A stretch of DNA of 53,434 nucleotides, counting the filler, from Jimgerdemannia flammicorona (taxonomy: Eukaryota), in assembly GCA_003990765.1 (NCBI GenBank). It is 2 parts of 2 records of this genome, joined end to end, with 100 filler letters (N's around TTAATTAATTAA, not from the genome) between each part and the next. Parts side by side here need not be neighbours in the genome. Positions count along the whole stretch, not along the records: positions 1 to 26,673 come from RBNJ01000706.1; 1 more part is not named here. The stretch is one strand, 5' to 3'. Within the stretch, counting starts at the first letter, position 1. Every line of letters begins with the position of its first letter. Under the pieces are notes generated by a model. That model saw nothing but the letters and a program-made list of their open reading frames with translations, was not told where the DNA came from and searched no databases. Positions 11,675 through 23,487 of the stretch are shown here, piece by piece. The position numbers were made by a program, and so were the translations under genes.

Positions 11675-13030
11675 TTATATACCATAGCCAGAGAAAATCA
11701 TACCCGCAATTTTGGCCACCTTCGCCGAAAAATTGGTAAGATCAGCACGATGGGGTCCAATACAGTCGTTATGAAGGCATATACAATCATACCAAACTAA
11801 TGTACGCCATACCATAAACCCTTTGATGGTATCTTTACAAACTCTCAGTGGCTCCCAATCAAATTCAAAGAATTCATAGAGTGCTTGAGAGCATCCACTA
11901 CACACCTTGATCTGAAATGCATCTTGGATCTTTTCCAAAAACCCTAGAAAGGCCTTCACATCATCTTCAATGGTCGGATGGCTTTGTAAAACACATGCCC
12001 TTTTGAGGAAGGTTCCCAGCCGGCAGACTATATCGAGAATCTCACGTGCTGCGTCATTGGAAGCGGCGATGACAAAGCGGGAATCCAGCTCCGGTTGTAA
12101 CCATTTACACTGCATCACAGGAGGTGTAAATGCCGCCGCGAACGATCCTTGGGCTAGGTCCTCCACGATGTCACTAACAATCCTTGGTAGTAACCGGTCT
12201 GCACATATGGTTGCGATGGCGCTTGAAATAGACTGAAGAGTAAATCTAATCTTGGAGCGGAAAGTTTGGCGTTGTGTTACTGTCTCGAGCGGGGTTTCTT
12301 GGAGGTGTCCGGCGGCGGAGCTAGCGACCGGCGAGATCGCGAGTTGGTTGCCAAGGGAAGTGCGGTTGTCCCGTGTAGTCAGGGAAAGGTTATTGTCAAC
12401 TTGACAGCGGGTGCAAAGTAGACTAGGGGATGTTTGCCGGAGAGCCTTACACCTTGTACATAGTGTGGATTTTGCACCGTCCATTGATGTCCGCGTGGCG
12501 TGAGCCGCATTGTAGATAATTAGTTGAGACGGCGAGAGAGTCGCTAGGTGTGTCGGCATTTGATGTGGTGTCGTTTCTCCGTTCGTCACAGTTTGTATAC
12601 GGGATGGCCCGGACATGTTTTCCGATGCTCGTTGCGGCAATGGTTGTCGAGCCGCGATTATCTCTAGACTCTCGGAACGGGAGCGAGACCGTTGAACAGT
12701 TATCTGGGCCTTTTTCGTTACTCTCCTATCTGGTTGGGGTTGGCAGGATTTTCCGGCGTCTTGACAACGGCGGCATGGAACACCCTTGCATATTTTCTTG
12801 AGAGTCTTGCAGCGGGCACACACAATGCCAGGCACGTTCCTCTTACGGGCGTTCTCATTGGCGTGCAGGCAGCCTTTCTTTTTCTGGCGGCATGACATGC
12901 ATGCCTTGTGCTGGACGGTTGGGGTGACTTGGTCTGACGTATGACCGGGAGACGGTATTGGTGTTGAGGTGAGTTGGTCTACGTGGTCAGGAGCCGATGT
13001 TGGGCTGGAGCTCGTAGGTTGGGATGACAT
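11675..13030 (-). CDS. Intronless Zn2Cys6-like/C4 zinc-finger protein (module A, copy 2), 451 aa
   Basis: Colinear paralog of 3963-5360: ACMSCRQKKKGC…VCARCKTLKKICKGVPCRRCQDAGKSC, CTRC-x11-CTRC, conserved C-terminal domain. ORF intact. Confidence 0.8.
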   Translation of the reverse strand: MSSQPTSSSPTSAPDHVDQLTSTPIPSPGHTSDQVTPTVQHKACMSCRQKKKGCLHANENARKRNVPGIVCARCKTLKKICKGVPCRRCQDAGKSCQPQPDRRVTKKAQITVQRSRSRSESLEIIAARQPLPQRASENMSGPSRIQTVTNGETTPHQMPTHLATLSPSQLIIYNAAHATRTSMDGAKSTLCTRCKALRQTSPSLLCTRCQVDNNLSLTTRDNRTSLGNQLAISPVASSAAGHLQETPLETVTQRQTFRSKIRFTLQSISSAIATICADRLLPRIVSDIVEDLAQGSFAAAFTPPVMQCKWLQPELDSRFVIAASNDAAREILDIVCRLGTFLKRACVLQSHPTIEDDVKAFLGFLEKIQDAFQIKVCSGCSQALYEFFEFDWEPLRVCKDTIKGFMVWRTLVWYDCICLHNDCIGPHRADLTNFSAKVAKIAGMIFSGYGI

Positions 13031-14309
13031 GTGTTCGGAAGCCGATGTCGGTGTTTGAACTCGTGAGTAGGGGAGGAGCGGTTCAAGAAAAAGGGCACGT
13101 TATATACATACTCGGAATTTCGACGGAACAAGCCCGAAATTCGGCTTCCGCCCCTCTATGGTTCTATATGAATAAAAATAAACGAACGAGGACTACGACG
13201 CCGACCTTGTGACTTAATTGGCGTTCTTTATTGGAAGGTCGCTCTCATGCATTTAGCGCCAGATGCTTCAAATCTGGAACAGTAATGAAATTTTCTTGTA
13301 TGTCCTCCCACCGGAACGACGAAATTATGAAATCGTTGGAACTAGGTCTAATAGTTGGGAAGCCATAGCTATATGAAGTCTCCTCCGGAATATAAGTGTA
13401 GCATACCGTCGTTGGCTTTGCTGTACCCACATCAAGCTCGGAACGGAGACAGAACGGAGACAACGGCCCGGGAAACAAATTAAGTCACACAATTACATTG
13501 GTCACATCGGGAAAGATATTTGCAGATTGCTTATTGCCATAACAAATGGTGCAAACTCTGCTATGACCGCAGACCATCACGCGTAGTGGTCTCCTTGCTC
13601 ATCCTCACCTCAGCCCTCGCCTCAGCCCTCGCTTCCACCTTCGTTATCGGCGCGCAGTGCTCTCGGTCCTTGTGCCTACATAATTACAGCGAGTATTCCA
13701 AATGCCGTTACCATCAACATGCACCCTCAATCTACCTCAATGTCCCTCAAACTTCCTCGACAAACGATGCAAATCGCGAAAACCCCTTTTTATTTTGTTC
13801 AAAATTTTATTCCTCTTCATCTTATGGTAAGTCAACCATCCTACGTGAACTCGACGAATTATTAGCGTCTAAGAAATGCAAGAAAGGCTACCAAAAGCGA
13901 CGATCCTTGGGGTAGCGGTGGGGTTAAGCAATGTCGGTAGCCTGTTCCGCAGACTGTTGGGGTTCGGAATCGGCCATATCGGTCATTCCGATGGTATCCC
14001 GGTACGTTGGTATTATCCCCGATGTCACACGACGAATGTGATTGATCCAGGAACTCGCCGAGAGCGGCGTCCGATCTTACGTAATCTATCTGCGTAGCAA
14101 CCAACTCACCGCTATTCTCGAGCGGAAGCGCCGTACTCCTTAATACATGCCATCAACGCATTTCTTTTTGTTGGGAGAAGATCTTTTCGCCACTAAGATC
14201 CGTGCATTCGCAGTATGCGACGTGCTTGGTTTTGAGGCGGCCAGCGATCCATGGCTGTGGGCCAGGAAATGGCAGTTTAACGCACCATCCGAAATAAATG
14301 GAATTGAGG

Positions 14310-15438
14310 TTCGGCAACGACAAATCGGACATCTAATCTCGATTGCAACCATTTGCACTGCATCACGTGAAGTCCGAGTGTGATCCTCTACAATGTCACT
14401 GACAATTTATGGCAGCCGCTATGGCGCTTGATATAGACTGAAGGGTGAATCTCATCATGAAGCAGAAGGCTTGTACCGTGTGACAAAAACCCGACCCGAC
14501 CGGTCGCCCCGCTGGACGTTATCCACCGTTTCTCAACAACGCACTGCCCGAATTCAATGATTCTGGAAAGACGGTTTTAAAAAACCTCATCAAATTTGGA
14601 TGTCGCGTCGCCGAGAAATGTTGGCAAACGTTCGGTTCACTGTTCTTGACCAGCCATAACAAGAAGGGAGGGCCGGTCAGGTCGGGTTTTTGCGGAGCAC
14701 TACGTGTGGCTCTCTCGGGCATCGGCAGAAGCGGGGTTATTTGTCAGAGTTGTTTGGCGAGGCCGCGAGTTGGTTGTCAAGTGGTTTCACGAGGTCGGGG
14801 GAAGGTTATTGTCCACGTAACAACGAGCGCAAAGTAAACTAAAAGGTGTTTGCCCAGAGAGCTGTGCATCGTGCACATGGTGTAAATATTGTACCGTCAC
14901 CGATGTCTGGTGGCGTGGGCCGCATTTTAAATAGTCAGGCTTATCGACGCCGCTAGATGTTTGGCGGCATTTAATGTGCAATTTCTTGATTGTCACATGG
15001 GATGGCTTCGTAAAACACGTGTAAGGTTCCCAGCCGACAGATCATATCCAGAAACTCACGTGCTGCACCGTCGGAAGCGGCGGTCATTCAGTTCCGGTTG
15101 TAACTACTCACAATGCATCACATGAGGTACAAATACTGCCGCGAACGATCCTTTGGTTAAGTCTTCCGCGGTGTCACTGACAATCGTTTGCAGTAACCAT
15201 TCTGCACTTATGGCTGCGACGGCGTTTTAAATAGACTGAAGAGTAAATATAATCATGGAGCGGAAGGCTTGACGTTGTTCTCGAGCGGGGTTACTTCTCA
15301 GAGGTGTCCAGCAGCGGAGCTAGCGACCGGCGAGACCGCGAGTTGGTTGCCAAGGGAGGTGCGGTTGTCCCGTGTAGTCAGGGAAGGGCTATCGTCAACT
15401 TGACAGCGAGTGCAAAGTAGACTAGGGGCATGTTTGTC
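14310..15438 (-). pseudogene. Rearranged fragments of module A
   Basis: 15000-15438 matches 11976-12436 with deletions. 14310-14475 and 14750-14975 are further A pieces. Confidence 0.7.
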
Positions 15439-16399
15439 GGTCCGAACCCGAAACATTTTGGTCCGGTCCGGTCCAGTTTGGTCCAGGCACATGACATGGC
15501 ATGTGATTGTGATAAATCGGGAGAATCAGTTCCGACTTTGTATATACGTCTGCCTCCGTTACACAAACGTCGCTAAGTCGCGAGATAGACTTCGGCCTCC
15601 ATTGTAACACAAACCTCCTCGGCTATCACTGTTTGATATAACAAGAGAATGAAAGAGATCAGTTCGGGGACAGAGCCGATCAAATCCGTTCCTATCAAGA
15701 CCTCGGGAATAAGGATCTGTGCGTTACTTGGCAGTGGTTTACATGGCTAGATTTTATAGGCACGAAAAATATTGTAGTGCTAATGCTCAGAGACGTGGAC
15801 CAATCAAGAACGTTACCTCGAGTCATCTGGTTACGTGCTTTGTATATTTGAAGTGAATGGACTGTCAAGTACAATATCTGTCAGGTTTATATTAAATTTA
15901 AAATTTATTGTCAATAAAGACTCATATACCTATATATATTCCTGAAAATATACCACCTGAGTCCGAAATTCTGAATTCTGGATGCGGAAGCCGATGCTAC
16001 GGGGTACGTGTTCTGGTATAAAATAGATTTATTTTAAAATTAGGGGGGTTTTTTTTCTTAAGTTATAAGTTCAGATTATTTAGATCAGATTTGCAAAATA
16101 CTAACTATATTAGAAATTATAACTTTCCATTATATCTTATATAGATCATTATTTTATATCTAAATTATATCATTTAATCTTAGAAAATTATAGCTTTTAA
16201 CAAGAGTCCATAAAATCATGGATTTTCAGATTTGATGTTTACCACAACACTATCATATAAATTAGCTACCACGACTCACTATTACATACATACTGCTCAA
16301 AACAGTTTCTGATGACATATAGTCGCGTAAATGTTAGTCACTCGATGTCACCTGCACCGGGGGTTCGGATTTCGGATGAACTGTTTGGAACTTGCAGGG

Positions 16400-17438
16400 G
16401 TTCGCTATAACCGGCTATTTATGCCTTAACCTGCCTGTTGTTGGAAATGTTGTGGTATCATCTCCGATACTACTAACTATGACTCTTAGTTGCGACAATG
16501 ACAAAGAATGAGCGTCCACGTCCAAATCACCCACAATCCCCGAATTCACAGATCCTGAGGCCAACAATAACAATAATGTAAATAATACAGCACCTTTGCA
16601 AACTAACGGGAAGAAGGCCACATTCCGCCACTAACCTGTCAATGATTTTGACATATCACATGGCATGCCGTATCTATGAATTTTAGGAGGTGGAACTTTG
16701 TTTATTTTATTTTTATAGCCGCTGACATATCCGATCGACACATTGCTCGTGACCCTTGGTTCCGTTCCGCAAACTGGAAAATTAACTCCGCGTCTCCGCA
16801 CTTATGACTTCATCCCCTGGGTGAATTCTGTTGCTGTGCAGCTCTTAAAACCACAGTCTCAGAGTTTGTATGTGCTCAGAAAACGATTTGGCAGTGAATC
16901 TAAGCGAAATGGAGAGCGAATAATCATCAGTCGAAAAGGTGTTGATATCGTCACAATTTTCGATAAACGGTATTTGGTTAGCTACTCATTTTTAAGATTG
17001 TGATGTAAAAGGCAGGGATCAGAGATAAGAATAAGGAGGTCAAAATATTCTTTTCTATCTGTGAAGGACGGGGCACCGCACGTAATCGGTAATCTGAACG
17101 ATACCAATTGACCGAAATGCACCCGGTTTCGAGTGACATAATTATATACAACTTCCTGAACTCATGTGTGAGCAATTATGCTCGCGAAATATCAAATGTA
17201 TTCTGGCTATGAGAGCCCATAACGCTGTGCGGTGAGTCACGCCGCCAGTACACGCGATCACGAACAGAGTCTACATACAACAAGCACTTGTTGATCATTG
17301 CCAAGAGCTCATGTGCGAGCTCAAATGCAACCAACTGTCCGTACCATCTCAAGAGCATAGCTACTTATGGTCATTATTTACACTATGACGCCGTGTTGTG
17401 AATAAGTGGAGGGAGCGAAGAAGAGCACTGTTTATTAC
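16400..17438 (-). pseudogene. Possible 3' part of a relic primase-helicase-like gene interrupted by the DIRS element
   Basis: Intronless coding-like frames (ELLAMINKCLLYVDSVRDRVYWRR…VNWYRSDYRLRAVPRP…KFIDTACHVICQN…YYLHYCYCWPQD) are reminiscent of the pre-helicase region of D5/DUF5906 proteins. No Walker A recognised. Confidence 0.25.
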
Positions 17439-17508
17439 TCTCGGATGGACGAGGCACCATAGGCACCGAAGTCTGTCCCAGACTTTACAAGCTTTGGGAG
17501 GACCATGA

Positions 17509-17686
17509 AGAGTTGGTTTCTGCCATCCTGAAAGCATTGGCATGCTTTATTTTGTCTTCAACATGGGTTTATACATGCGAATTCCCTTCTGTCTAAGACA
17601 TATATGTATGAGACATTTCATGTAAAACATGGTAATAAAAGAACATCTCGACTCCCACAGAGTCCCTTAGCCTAGAAAGCTTGGCA
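17509..17686. repeat. DIRS inverted terminal repeat (pairs with 23278-23456)
   Basis: agagttggtttctgccatcctgaaagc…ttggca is the reverse complement of 23278-23456. Confidence 0.9.
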
Positions 17687-17804
17687 TGTGAGCCAGGAAC
17701 ACCCAAAGGGAAATATAGGAAAAAACTGGCTGGCAAAGTGCAGCCAAAAAATAGGAAAATGAAATGTACCCAAAGAAAATAAAAAAAGGGTTAGGAATGG
17801 GTGG

Positions 17805-17925
17805 GAAACCAACTCTTCATGGTCCTCCCAAAGCTCATAAAGTCTGGGACAGACTTTGGCACCTATGGCACCTCATCTATCTGAGACTAAGCATTGCTTT
17901 GTTCCAGACCATTTCAGAGTTGGTT
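17805..17925. repeat. DIRS internal complementary region (ICR)
   Basis: Reverse complement of the left end (17439-17520) joined to the reverse complement of the right end (23447-23487) at ctgaGActaagc. Confidence 0.88.
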
Positions 17926-18039
17926 GTTTATAGATCTGATATGAGTAGAGTGTCTGGCCAGGGGTACACTGACAGCCATGACTTTACTCTTACATTTGAG
18001 GACCATGTAAACAAGAAAAGTGGCCCAAGCAGATTGTGA

Positions 18040-18960
18040 AAGAACTGACATCCAGTGTAGTAGATGATAGTGGTATTCAAATATAGTTTTGGAACTCCAA
18101 TTGCTGCTCTCGAGGACTTCATCAATGGGCATACCTCCTTCCAGGGCTTCAGTGGAGGATTCAGCCTGAATGGAGTGAGGACAATGAACCAGATTGATGT
18201 CTGTGGCCATCATATATTCAGAAAACCAATTTTGAAGGTGGTTAGGTGTAAGGTTGTGATGGGGAGAGTATGTACTAATGAATAGGCAGTTTCTGTCTGT
18301 CCATAGATAGAGGGGATCCATCTCACATATCCAGTAGAAAACCCAGTATACAGGGCACATATTCTTGTCCTCCAAGAGGGCTGGAATGGGATGGGAGATC
18401 TTGGTGATGACATTGGGGGTATATTCCTTTGTTATGTTAGTGATCAGGACCATTTCAGTAGTCCAATTGCTGATGCCACCATGAAAACTAATAGTTATCT
18501 AGTATTTCACAAAATCACTCACCACCTGCCAGAAGGTGCATAGGGTGAGAAGAGCATGTGTTTTCTTACCACAGAGTACACATCACTGGATGGAGTTGTA
18601 GGGGCCCAGGAAAGCTAGCCACTGAATAAGAGTGGCAATGTCCCATCAGGCAGTCTTATCTTTTGAGAGAGAGGGTCAAAGATTCACAGCACCCTGAATC
18701 AGATGGAAAATAGTCAGAAGGTTGAAGAAATGAATACTGTTCATCATGGAGGTTCACTGGCCAATAGTGGTGTAGATGCTCTGAAGCTGATGTGTGCTAA
18801 TTCCTTTCTTGAAAAGCTGAGCTAAGCAGTTAGTGCATTGCTCAGTAGAAGCTTATAAGGGATTGATATGTTGTTGATAGCTCCAATGGACAAAGTGTTA
18901 GTATGCTGACTCATAGTTCTTATATGAGGATGTCCATATACTGGCCCAGATGAGTTTGTG
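18040..18960 (-). pseudogene. DIRS tyrosine recombinase, degenerate
   Basis: CPVYW…, LFIS, HSIQAESST (H-x-x-R decayed), SNWSSKTIFEYHY in ORF 17914..18453. Stops upstream. Confidence 0.8.
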
Positions 18961-19149
18961 AGCCTACAGTATCAATGCTACAGTATCAGAAGATCACCAC
19001 TGATTCACCATACCAGGGCATCCCAGTGCATTATCTATGTCATCATTGTCATTGTCATTATCATCAGGAGATAATAAGGAAGGAGAATGGGGGGAGCGGT
19101 TGCTATTTTCAGGAGTTTGGGTCACTAGCTCTGTTATTACCAAAATGGC

Positions 19150-20800
19150 ATAATGAGAACTAGGTGAGTACACCTATTCTCCTTAACCTTGCACAGTGTA
19201 TGGTTGAGGAGGATCTATGGTAGGTTCACATAAGCACCAGAGGTTGGCCATTGATGTTGGAAAGCATTGGTGCCCAGGGCCTTGGGGTCTGTTCACCAGC
19301 TGTAGAAGAGGGGGGTCTGGGTCATTGTCTATAATGTGAAGAGGTTCAGGTGTATGGGACCCCAATAGAGGAGATGATGGAATATCATTGAGTTGAGTTG
19401 CCATTTGTCCAGACTGGGGCAGATGTGGCTCAGAAAATTGGTGTATGTGTTTTTGATCCTGGGGATGTATTTGACAAAGAGGCATATCCTTCTCATTATG
19501 TAGATGTAGTGTATCTTGGTGGTTATCTCATTCAGATAGAGGAGAGAGCCCCCTTGCTTATTGATAAAAGCTCTCATAGTCATGTTGTCCATCCAAATAA
19601 GGACTGTGCAGTCCTCTCAATGGTGGTTGTTGATCTGGAGTGTGAACAGGACTGTCTTGAGTTTGTGGTAGTTAATGGATCAGCATCATTCTGCAGGGGT
19701 TCAAGTGCCTGTTACTTGCTATATTGCTCAGCTAGTGGATATGAAAGCAGTGATTTCAAAGCCCCAACCTAGGTCACTGACATCCATATCAACTGTGACC
19801 TTAGGGTATTCAGTAAGTAGAGACCAGCTGTTCCAGCTAGAGAGCTCAAGGGACCACCAATAGAGGTTCTCCTGAGATGTTGGAGAGATGAACATGAGAC
19901 TGTTCCAGTTGTGGTTGTTGGCATTGAGAGAGTCCTGGATGTCCCAAATGAGGGACTATACTCGAAACTAGGCCAGAAAGATTGCCTGTGCCATAGAGTT
20001 GCAAAGACCAACCAGTGACACCACCTTGTATATGAGGATTATGGTCATTAGGCAGTGGAGGGATGCAGTTTCCTTGCAGATCTTATATATCTTGTCCTTG
20101 GATAAGCAGAGTTCCATATTGATGGTATCAACCAGGAACTCCAGGAATGTCTATTACTGCAAAGGTTCTCATATATATTTCATTGGGTATAGAGAAAAAC
20201 CCAATATCTCCAGATGGTCACAAATGATCCTCCTATGTCAGAGCACTTTGTCTCTTATAGAGGCTAGAAGATATATATTATCAATGTAATAGGTGAGCCG
20301 GATGCCCCTTGCTCAGAGAGGCTCCAGAACCACTGCCATCATCTTCATCCAGATGTATGAGGCAGACAACAGGCCAAATGGCATGGTACAGAATTTCCAG
20401 TTGATCTTTTGCTACTAAAAGGCAAGGAACTATTGATCAGCTAGATATAAGAGAATCTGTAGATAGGCATCCTTTATATCAATCTTGACAAGGTGGTCAC
20501 TGGGCCAGACCATATCACATAGGGTCTGGATACCTTCCATCTTGAAGTATAATTGCCTTACAAACTCATTCAGTGAATGGGTGTTAAGGCAGGCTCAGTT
20601 CTTGTTGATCTGGAGAATTGTGAAGATGTTGGAAAAGAAGAGCAGCTCTCCATCCTGGGCAGGGTAGATGGCCTCCTTGTCCTGGAACTCAGTGATGGTA
20701 GTGTCTACCAGGGCCTTCTCCATCGCTAACATGTCCTTCTTATAAGAGAACCTAGGTTTGGTCTGAAGTAGAGTCAGGGGTTGTAACCATTTGATGCAGT
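19150..20800 (-). pseudogene. DIRS reverse transcriptase-RNase H (pol), degenerate
   Basis: LNEFVRQLYFKMEGIQTL…KIDIKDAY…MPFGL…GIRLTYYIDNIYLLA, and RNase H in 19329..19592. Many in-frame stops. Confidence 0.88.
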
Positions 20801-23277
20801 TCTTACCATAGGCTGTATTAATGGTCCAGTGGTTGATGCCCAGAGTTGTCCAAATGGTCTCGAGGACCTGGGCTAACTATGCTCCCACCTTTGAGATGAT
20901 ATTCGAGATCTTGAAGGCAATAGTATGGTAGATCAATTGGTTCTTCAAAGTTGAGCAGCAAGTGTTGATATGCTATTGCTCAGATTTAGAGCTCAGTACT
21001 GGGAACCTCCTTAGCTATATATACTCAGAGTATGGTTCCAGGAGCTCTGTTGTTGAGAATTTCAGTAGTCAGAGTGGTGGCTGCCCCAGGACCCATTTCC
21101 CCAGCCATGACCATTGGGGCCATAGGATGGGGTTAGATTACCTCTTGGTTTGGAGATTGCCTTGACTATAAGGAGGTGCTTACAGTATTTAGTGTCATCA
21201 TAAAAACAGCAGGTGAATTTGGTACTGAACAGATCACTATTATACTCAGAGCCAGAAGCCACTGTGTGGTAGGCAGAGATGAGAGTGGGTGACCATTCCG
21301 CAGATTTGACAAGTTCAATGCAGTGGCAGATATAGATATATTCTGTTTTATGAAATCTAATCTGGAGAGAGTTTTGCAGTTTTTTCACCAAAGGAGGAAT
21401 GACAGCATTATGGACCAGTCTATAGTAGTGGAGATCAGCTCTATCAGAGTGAGGTTTGAGGGCCTGGAGGGTAATGGCAATGGGCCAGAGGGTGTTGTAG
21501 ATTGCTTATTAAGTGTTAGCAAGAACCTTATCTGCTTTTTTAGCAGATTTGCTGAAATCATTTGTGAATACTTCATTAATAGAAAGAGTGTGATGAATAC
21601 CCCATTTGGGTTTGGGGTTTCAATAGAGAAGTTTCTTGAAACTGGCAGAGGAGAGGCATACTTCAACATGTTCTGGTAGAATGGCATCAGTGAATGTAGG
21701 GGATACATGATATCTCTCAATGGCCCAAGACTTGGCTGCTGTGAGGAATTCATCATCATTTTTTTTTTTAATGGACTCATAGTCCTGCAGATTTTTATTG
21801 GAAGAGAACCTAGACTATATAGGCCAAAACCCTCCCCCACTATCCACCGAACAATATCCCCCCATTAACCTAGATTACTAAATTGTCCAGCAGTTCTACC
21901 ACTCCAGCTATACCTGTCAAACACTGACTATGTCGACCCCCATAACATAGACTAGACTTGTCTGCTCACCAGGGCTGGATCATCATTTACATGTGAGAGT
22001 ACACTTATGTGTCAGATCTAGCAGTACTGGGACTGAATAAAGAATAGCCCCCCAAACCCCAAAAGAAAGCCCAAGATAAAGAAAAAACCCCTCAATCAAC
22101 CAATAGAGAGCAAAGTAGATTCAAAGTGGGTGAGTAAAGAACTTACATACAGCACCTTTCTCAAAGGACTTATACATAGGCTAGGGCCTAAAGAGACCCC
22201 ACTCCCACTCCCCAAGCCTGCAGGCCTCAATCATATTACTGTATTAGCTCCCAGTTCCAGTCGAGTACTGCCAAATGAGGAAGGCCCCACTCTCTAAGCC
22301 TGTGGGCCTTGATCGCATTGCTATATCAGCTCTCAGTTCCAGTTGGATACAGCCAGGATGCTGGCCCCTGCACCACCCCACCCTCCACCAGTCAATCAAA
22401 AGGCCCCACTGAAATATTGTCTGCCTCAGCCCCAATGACTGCCCCTAGCCTGGCACCCTACTGGTTTACTATAATTACTCTTCCTCCTATCTGTGATGGC
22501 CATCTCCCCTCCCATCCCGACATTATCTGAAAAACAGTCACCTACACCAGAACCATACTTGCTGAGAAGCTTGCCAAAGCCAGAGGGCCCCACTACAGGC
22601 ACCAAGGACTTGTAGGTAACCTATACTGAGCACTTGATGCCCAAGGTCAGCCGACTCCCTATATAGCCTGAGATACACTGAGACAGCACCTTGTTGGTGA
22701 CGGCAAAAGGAAGAAGGTGCCACACCAAAATGGATGCACTCCAGATGCAGCCAAAGATACCAGAAACTGTGAAAAAGTGGAGAAGACACTAATCTAACAC
22801 CGATAAAGAGATAACTCATCACCATTGCCCTCCTTCCACCATGTCCATGCAGATACAGCAAACCAACCCAAGGTAGAGGGGGTAATAATAGGGGAAAGAG
22901 GACTTGGAAGGTTGCCTACCAAACCTTGTGACTGGTAAGATAGTAGAGAAAGGAGCTGTTGAGGAATTCATCATCACTGCTATTAGCATCATCATGGAGG
23001 TCCATACTATTGGAATTTCCATTGAATCCAAGGACTGCAGGGTTGGAACATCAGGAATGCCAAAGGAAAAGGGTGTTAATGAGGCATTGTTGGTCATGCC
23101 AGTTTGTGACCTCTGGATCTAGCAGAGGAGGGCAGAGGCTGACTATAATAGTCTTGGTGATCTAGCAAAGGAACTTGGTGTACTTGGCCAGGGCAGCCTA
23201 TTGTTGTTGAAGGAGTTGTTCATTACTTATAGTAACATGATAAGAAAGAATTCTGTGGGTCATGAGAAGAGGCAAAC

Positions 23278-23456
23278 TGCCAAGCTTTCAAAACAGCTAA
23301 GGAACTCTATGGGAGTTGAGATGTTCTTTTATTACCATATTTTATATGAAATGTCTCATACATATGTCTTAGACAGAAGGAAATTCGCATGTATAAACCC
23401 ATGTTTAAGACAAAATAAAGCACGCCAACGCTTTCAGGATGGCAGAAACCAACTCT
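23278..23456. repeat. DIRS inverted terminal repeat (pairs with 17509-17686)
   Basis: Reverse-complement match to 17509-17686. Confidence 0.9.
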
Positions 23457-23487
23457 GAAACGGTCCGGAACAAAGCGATGCTTAGTC

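Larger units (their letters stand above)
17439..23487 (-). mobile_element. DIRS-type tyrosine-recombinase retrotransposon, full-length but degenerate (~6.05 kb)
   Basis: RT (FKMEG, KIDIKDAY, MPFGL, YYIDN), RNase H (DNMTMRAFINKQGG, YIPRIKNT) and YR (HSIQAESST…SNWSSKTIFEYHY) occur in DIRS order, with inverted terminal repeats and an internal complementary region. Confidence 0.92.

Noticed and set aside
14140..14358. C2H2-like finger (CPIC…HFLAHSH)
   Set aside because: CPICRC is an alternative-frame reading of a module A fragment at an A/B chimeric junction, so it is probably coincidental.
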